Assembly (NCBI RefSeq): GCF_017743935.1
Contig: NZ_JAGHRE010000001.1
Location: forward strand, 167,683-231,682
From: Tropicibacter sp. R16_0
Lineage (GTDB): Bacteria > Pseudomonadota > Alphaproteobacteria > Rhodobacterales > Rhodobacteraceae
Length of the DNA stretch: 64,000 nt
Direction: 5' to 3'
The position numbers and the translations under genes are program-made. Positions 59,940-64,000 of this stretch are shown here, piece after piece. The notes under the pieces were generated by a model that was not told the DNA's origin, searched no databases, and was given only the letters and a program-made list of their open reading frames with translations. Positions within the stretch are counted from its first letter, which is position 1. Each line of letters starts with the position of its first letter.

Positions 59940-60746
59940 TTAGTCAACAAAGGCACGCTCTACCACGAATGTGGCGGGTTTGTTGTTGGCGCCTTCTTCC
60001 AGTCCGAACCCTTCGAGCGCGGCTTTGGTGTCCTTGAGCATCTCCATCGAGCCACAGATCATGCCCCGGTCGGTTTCGGGTGAGATCTGCGGAACGCCCA
60101 GATCTTCAAAGACTTTCCCGCTTGCCATCAGGTCCGTAATCCGGCCCCGGAACGGATATTCCTCCCGCGTCACGGAGCAGTAATGCCGCAGGTTCTGCGC
60201 CATCTCACCGACCAGCGGATCCTCTTTCAGCGCTTTCACCAGTTGCTTGCCATACTCCAGTTCACCCACCTCGCGGCAGGTGTGGGTCAGGATGACTTCG
60301 TCAAACTTTTCATAGGTTTCCGGGTCACGGATGAGAGAGGCGAAGGGCGCGATGCCGGTACCGGTTGAGAACATCCACAGGCGTTTTCCGGGTAGCAAGG
60401 CATCGTTCACCAGCGTGCCTGTCGGCTTCTTTCGCATCAGCACGGTGTCACCCACCTTAATCTTTTGCAGATGCTCGGTCAGCGGGCCATCAGGTACCTT
60501 GATCGAATAGAATTCCAGCTCTTCGTCCCAGCTGGGGGAGGCAACGGAATAAGCGCGAAACACAGGCTTTTCTGCATTCGGCAGACCGATCATCACGAAC
60601 TCACCCGACCGAAACCGGAAGGTCGATGGGCGCGTTATACGAAATTTAAATAAACGGTCTGTATAGTGTTCGACCGAGGTGACCGTCTGCGCAAAAACGC
60701 CAGCGGGGATCGGGAATTCGGTCTTCGGGGCTTCATCAAGCGACAT
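59940..60746 (-). CDS. fpr: ferredoxin--NADP+ reductase (bacterial FPR type)
   Basis: ATG 60746 with GGAGAG RBS. FAD-binding RAYSVASP and NADP-binding MFSTGTGIAPF motifs. Confidence 0.8.
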   Translation of the reverse strand: MSLDEAPKTEFPIPAGVFAQTVTSVEHYTDRLFKFRITRPSTFRFRSGEFVMIGLPNAEKPVFRAYSVASPSWDEELEFYSIKVPDGPLTEHLQKIKVGDTVLMRKKPTGTLVNDALLPGKRLWMFSTGTGIAPFASLIRDPETYEKFDEVILTHTCREVGELEYGKQLVKALKEDPLVGEMAQNLRHYCSVTREEYPFRGRITDLMASGKVFEDLGVPQISPETDRGMICGSMEMLKDTKAALEGFGLEEGANNKPATFVVERAFVD

Positions 60747-60763
60747 GGGTCTCTCCGTAGCGG

Positions 60764-61096
60764 TCAGGCGGCTGCAGGGGTTTCGGACAACAGATCCAGC
60801 TTGCCCTCTTTGCCGTTCCAAGCGTCGGCATCAGGCATCGGGTCTTTCTTTTCGGTGATCACCGGCCATTGCTCGGCGTATTTGCGGTTCATCTCGACCC
60901 AGGGTGCGGCATCGTCATCTGTGTCCGGACGGATGGCATCGGCGGGGCATTCGGGTTCGCACACGCCGCAGTCAATGCATTCGTCAGGATGGATGACCAG
61001 GGTGTTTTCGCCCTCGTAAAAGCAATCCACCGGGCAGACTTCTACACAGTCCGTGAATTTGCAATTGATGCAGTTGTCAGTAACCACATAGGTCAT
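60764..61096 (-). CDS. fdxA: 7Fe ferredoxin ([3Fe-4S][4Fe-4S])
   Basis: [51 protein letters not shown] is the classical FdxA cysteine pattern. Confidence 0.85.
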   Translation of the reverse strand: MTYVVTDNCINCKFTDCVEVCPVDCFYEGENTLVIHPDECIDCGVCEPECPADAIRPDTDDDAAPWVEMNRKYAEQWPVITEKKDPMPDADAWNGKEGKLDLLSETPAAA

Positions 61097-61113
61097 CGTT
61101 GAGCGTCCTTTTG

Positions 61114-61229
61114 TTTGTATACAAATGAATAATCGACTCAGGGAGCATCTGTCAATACGTTTGTGTACGTTCGATAATTCAAGTGAAAGGATGCTTGACT
61201 GAAATCGCTATTATATTAGTGTACAAACG
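61114..61229. promoter_or_regulatory. three TTGT(A/G)TAC-type operator-like sites upstream of fdxA in an AT-rich divergent promoter
   Basis: TTTGTATACAAA (perfect 12-bp palindrome, 61114-61125, ~18 nt from fdxA start), GTTTGTGTACGT (~61159-61170), AGTGTACAAACG (61218-61229). Confidence 0.4.
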
Positions 61230-61459
61230 AAGTAGAGTGCACTGAAAGCGGGATAAACTAGAGGTTCAATGTTCGCGAGATGTGCTTTCGATATCGTCGT
61301 CCTGTCCGATGCCACGGGAATTGAGTCTTCTATGTTCAGCGGCGCGATGAGATGAGAAAATATCCGGAAACAACAGGTTGCTATCTGGAACAGAACACTC
61401 CCCGAACTTCCCCTCGGATGGCGTTGGTCACCGAGGGACTTTTTTGAAAGGCACATGAG

Positions 61460-62572
61460 ATGAGCGCACCGCTGCAAGGTCTGAAAGTTGTGGAATTGGC
61501 TCGAATTCTGGCTGGGCCCTGGATCGGGCAGACGTTGGCTGATCTTGGTGCAGACGTGCTCAAGGTTGAAAGCCCGGAAGGCGACGACACCCGCAAATGG
61601 GGGCCCCCGTTCATCGAGCGCGAAGGGGACAGGACGGCCGCTTATTTTCATGGCGCGAACCGAGGCAAGGACAGCATCGCACTGGATTTCGGTGATGCAG
61701 ATGATCGGGCCAAGTTGCTGGAACTTATCCGTGACGCGGACGTGCTGATCGAAAACTTCAAGGTCGGCGGGCTCAAGAAATTTGGCCTCGATTACGACAG
61801 CATCAAAAAGGTCAATCCGCGCCTGATCTATGCCTCGGTCACCGGCTTTGGCCAGGATGGGCCTTATGCGCATCGAGCGGGCTATGACTTTCTGATCCAG
61901 GGCATGAGCGGGATCATGGACCTGACTGGTGACCCGAACGGTGAGCCACAAAAAATCGGTGTGGCTTTTGCCGATATTTTCACCGGGCTGTATGGGGTCA
62001 TCGGTATTCAAGCAGCCCTCGCCGAGCGGGAGCGGTCCGGTCTGGGGCAGCATGTGGATCTGAGCCTGTTGGACTGTATGACGGGTGTTCTGGCCAATCA
62101 GGCGATGAACTTTCTGGCATCCGGGAATTGTCCGACGCGTTTGGGCAACGCGCACCCCAACATCGTACCCTATCAGGTGTTCCCGGTCGCTGACGGCCAT
62201 ATCATCATCGCCTGCGGCAATGACCGGCAATACGCCACCCTATGCACCATTCTGGACGTGCCGGAGTTGATCGAAGATGCGCGGTTTGTGGCAAATTCTG
62301 ATCGTGTTGCGAACCGTGAGGTGTTGACCGAACTGCTGACCGCAGCTTGCCTGAAGTGGGGCAAATGGGACTTGTTGGCGGCACTCGAAAAGGGTGGAGT
62401 TCCCGGCGGCCCAATCAACTCGGTTGCCGAGGCGCTGAGTGACCCGCAAGTGAAACACCGTGAAATGCAGATCGCGCCCGAGGGCGTGCCGGGCCTGCGC
62501 ACCCCGATCCGCTTTTCCCGGTCCGAGTTGAAGTTGGACAAAGCCTCGCCCAAGCGGCCGGTCAGATCATGA
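61460..62572 (+). CDS. family III CoA-transferase (CaiB/BaiF)
   Basis: 370 aa. LKVVELARILAGPWIGQTLADLGADVLKVE N-terminus and interlocked-dimer architecture of the family. Active-site Asp context ADIFTG. Confidence 0.8.
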   Translation: MSAPLQGLKVVELARILAGPWIGQTLADLGADVLKVESPEGDDTRKWGPPFIEREGDRTAAYFHGANRGKDSIALDFGDADDRAKLLELIRDADVLIENFKVGGLKKFGLDYDSIKKVNPRLIYASVTGFGQDGPYAHRAGYDFLIQGMSGIMDLTGDPNGEPQKIGVAFADIFTGLYGVIGIQAALAERERSGLGQHVDLSLLDCMTGVLANQAMNFLASGNCPTRLGNAHPNIVPYQVFPVADGHIIIACGNDRQYATLCTILDVPELIEDARFVANSDRVANREVLTELLTAACLKWGKWDLLAALEKGGVPGGPINSVAEALSDPQVKHREMQIAPEGVPGLRTPIRFSRSELKLDKASPKRPVRS

Positions 62573-63025
62573 GAGCTTGCGCAGGATCTTAATTAAACTG
62601 CGTTGTTCGGCAGCGGTCAAAGGCTTCAACGATTCCGCCGTGATCTCGCGCCCGACCTCTTTCATCTGCGCGACCATCTCTTCGCCTTCGGGCGAGAGTG
62701 AGATCATCGTGCGGCGTTTGTCGTTTGGATCAGGGGCCGTCACCGTCAGCCCCTTTTGACGCAGCCGGTCCACGACACCTTTGATCGTGGCGACATCCAT
62801 CGCCGCCAGGCGGCCCAGATGATTTTGCGAACAGGTGCCCTGCTCGGATATCCGGATCAGGGCCGAGAACTGCGTTGGCGTCAGGCCGTTGACGGTTTTG
62901 GATTGAAAGATGGTGGCGTGGCGTTGGCTGGCCAATCGTAATAGATACCCGACCTGATCATCCAACCGATAGTCTGTATCTGCTTGGTCTGCCGTTTCGG
63001 TCATCCACTCATCCGCCAATTGCAA
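62567..63025 (-). CDS. MarR-family transcriptional regulator
   Basis: 152 aa wHTH (LTPTQFSALIRISEQGTCSQNHLGRLAAMDVATIKGVVDRLRQKGLV). Confidence 0.75.
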   Translation of the reverse strand: MQLADEWMTETADQADTDYRLDDQVGYLLRLASQRHATIFQSKTVNGLTPTQFSALIRISEQGTCSQNHLGRLAAMDVATIKGVVDRLRQKGLTVTAPDPNDKRRTMISLSPEGEEMVAQMKEVGREITAESLKPLTAAEQRSLIKILRKLS

Positions 63026-63099
63026 AAAACATTAGCAGTATAACAAAAGCGTGCATGCCGACAACGGTAAATCCGGGCGGCGCACCGCCCGGACAGGCG

Positions 63100-63801
63100 T
63101 CAAACCGCCAAGTATTTGTTTGAGATTTCGGGGTTTTGGTCGAGATGTGCAAAGGTTCCGTCATAACAGACCGACCCTTTCTCGATGATATAGGCCCGGT
63201 CTGACACCAGGCGGGCAAAGTGCAAGTTCTGCTCGCTGATCAACACCGACAGCCCCTCGCGTTTCAGTTCGGCGATGACATTGGCCATCTGCTCAACAAT
63301 CACCGGTGCGATCCCTTCGGACGGCTCATCCAGCAACACCATCTTCGGATTACCCATCAGGGTCCGCGCGATGGTCAGCATTTGCTGCTCGCCGCCAGAC
63401 AGCTGTTTGCCCAGGTTCTTGCGCCGCTCTTTCAGGTTCGGGAACAGTTCGAACAGATGCTCCAACGTCCATTCCGGCGCGTCGTCGCGTTTGTCGCGGC
63501 GGCCCACTTCGAGGTTTTCTTCGACCGTCAGCTCACCAAAAATGCGCCTTTCTTCAGGCACATAGCCAACCCCGGCGCGGCAGATGGCATGGCTGGGTTT
63601 GCCCAGGATGCTTTGCCCCTCATAGGTGATCTGCCCGGTTTTCTGGCGCACCATACCCATGATGGATTTCATCGTGGTGGATTTGCCCGCGCCGTTGCGA
63701 CCCAGCACCGCGACCACCTCGTTCTGACCCAGGGTCAGTGACACACCGTTCAGGATCTGCGCCCGGCCATAACGGGCGTCCAGGTTTGCGACCTCAAGCA
63801 T
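63100..63801 (-). CDS. livF: ABC transporter ATP-binding protein, branched-chain amino acid LivF type
   Basis: Walker A GRNGAGKST, signature LSGGEQQM, Walker B VLLDEPS. ATG 63801 overlaps the upstream gene stop (ATGCTTGA). Confidence 0.8.
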   Translation of the reverse strand: MLEVANLDARYGRAQILNGVSLTLGQNEVVAVLGRNGAGKSTTMKSIMGMVRQKTGQITYEGQSILGKPSHAICRAGVGYVPEERRIFGELTVEENLEVGRRDKRDDAPEWTLEHLFELFPNLKERRKNLGKQLSGGEQQMLTIARTLMGNPKMVLLDEPSEGIAPVIVEQMANVIAELKREGLSVLISEQNLHFARLVSDRAYIIEKGSVCYDGTFAHLDQNPEISNKYLAV

Positions 63802-64000
63802 TGGCGGCCTCCTTCTTGTCTTCGAACACGGTGCCACCGCCCAAATAGACTTCTTGCACGGTTGGGTTGGCGCGGATTTCATCGCCGGTGCCTTCGGCGA
63901 TCAGCTCGCCCCGGTTCAGCACGAGAATGCGGTGGGAGTGAGCAAAGACCACGTCCATGTCATGCTCGGTAAAGACCACGCTGACCCCTTCGCGTTGAAC
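63794..64000 (-). CDS. livG: ABC transporter ATP-binding protein, LivG type; C-terminal fragment, start beyond window
   Basis: C-terminal ...HRILVLNRGELIAEGTGDEIRANPTVQEVYLGG typical of LivG-type ATPases. Frame stays open to the window end. Confidence 0.7.
   Translation of the reverse strand, partial: VQREGVSVVFTEHDMDVVFAHSHRILVLNRGELIAEGTGDEIRANPTVQEVYLGGGTVFEDKKEAANA

Noticed and set aside
59572-59940. 122-aa minus ORF and 68-aa plus ORF (59687-59893) in the hydrolase/fpr convergent spacer
   Set aside because: No RBS, Ser/Pro/Arg-rich translations, and they overlap hairpins and repeats. They are treated as non-coding (possible sRNA region instead).

Overview
High-GC (~60-62%) alphaproteobacterial, Rhodobacteraceae-like chromosomal window with about 60 genes. 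Recognisable housekeeping anchors (aroA, cmk, rpsA, ihfB, lapA-like, trpF, trpB, pth, rplY, trpA, ychF) are present, but almost every conserved neighbour pair is interrupted or rearranged by accessory DNA. Between aroA and cmk lie a small membrane protein and a serine hydrolase. Between cmk and rpsA lies a 15.6 kb block (7427-23027). It holds a membrane adenylate cyclase, a Cys-type sulfatase, a CoA ligase, an HxlR/nitroreductase/OYE redox module, a DUF1007-NicO metal transporter fusion, a DUF3302/HlyD pair, a quinone reductase, a YHS protein, an AraC regulator and a KAP-family P-loop NTPase whose 3' third drops sharply in GC. trpF-trpB carries two inserted small ORFs. trpB is followed by a tandem array of degenerate tRNA-like sequences, and trpA lies 13 kb away on the other strand. 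rplY-pth is split by a DUF3604 gene, and ychF is displaced. The right third encodes a CoA-dependent beta-oxidation-type catabolic cluster (fcs-like ligase, ACAD, DUF35 + SCP-x thiolase, SDR, crotonase, fdxA-fpr, family III CoA-transferase, MarR). It also contains a lower-GC TetR/membrane/Tat-hydrolase module and a Stf0-like sulfotransferase next to an LLM monooxygenase/flavin-reductase pair. Non-coding signals worth follow-up are listed here. A near-identical 14-nt AT-rich motif lies upstream of two unrelated genes 42 kb apart. A modular repeat with two conserved boxes and covarying hairpins sits in the 5' regions of two minus-strand genes. There are several long palindromic REP-like elements. 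Two promoter regions carry phased operator-like repeats. Most long ORFs antisense to real genes in the ORF track are high-GC artefacts. All calls are from reading the sequence; no database search was run.
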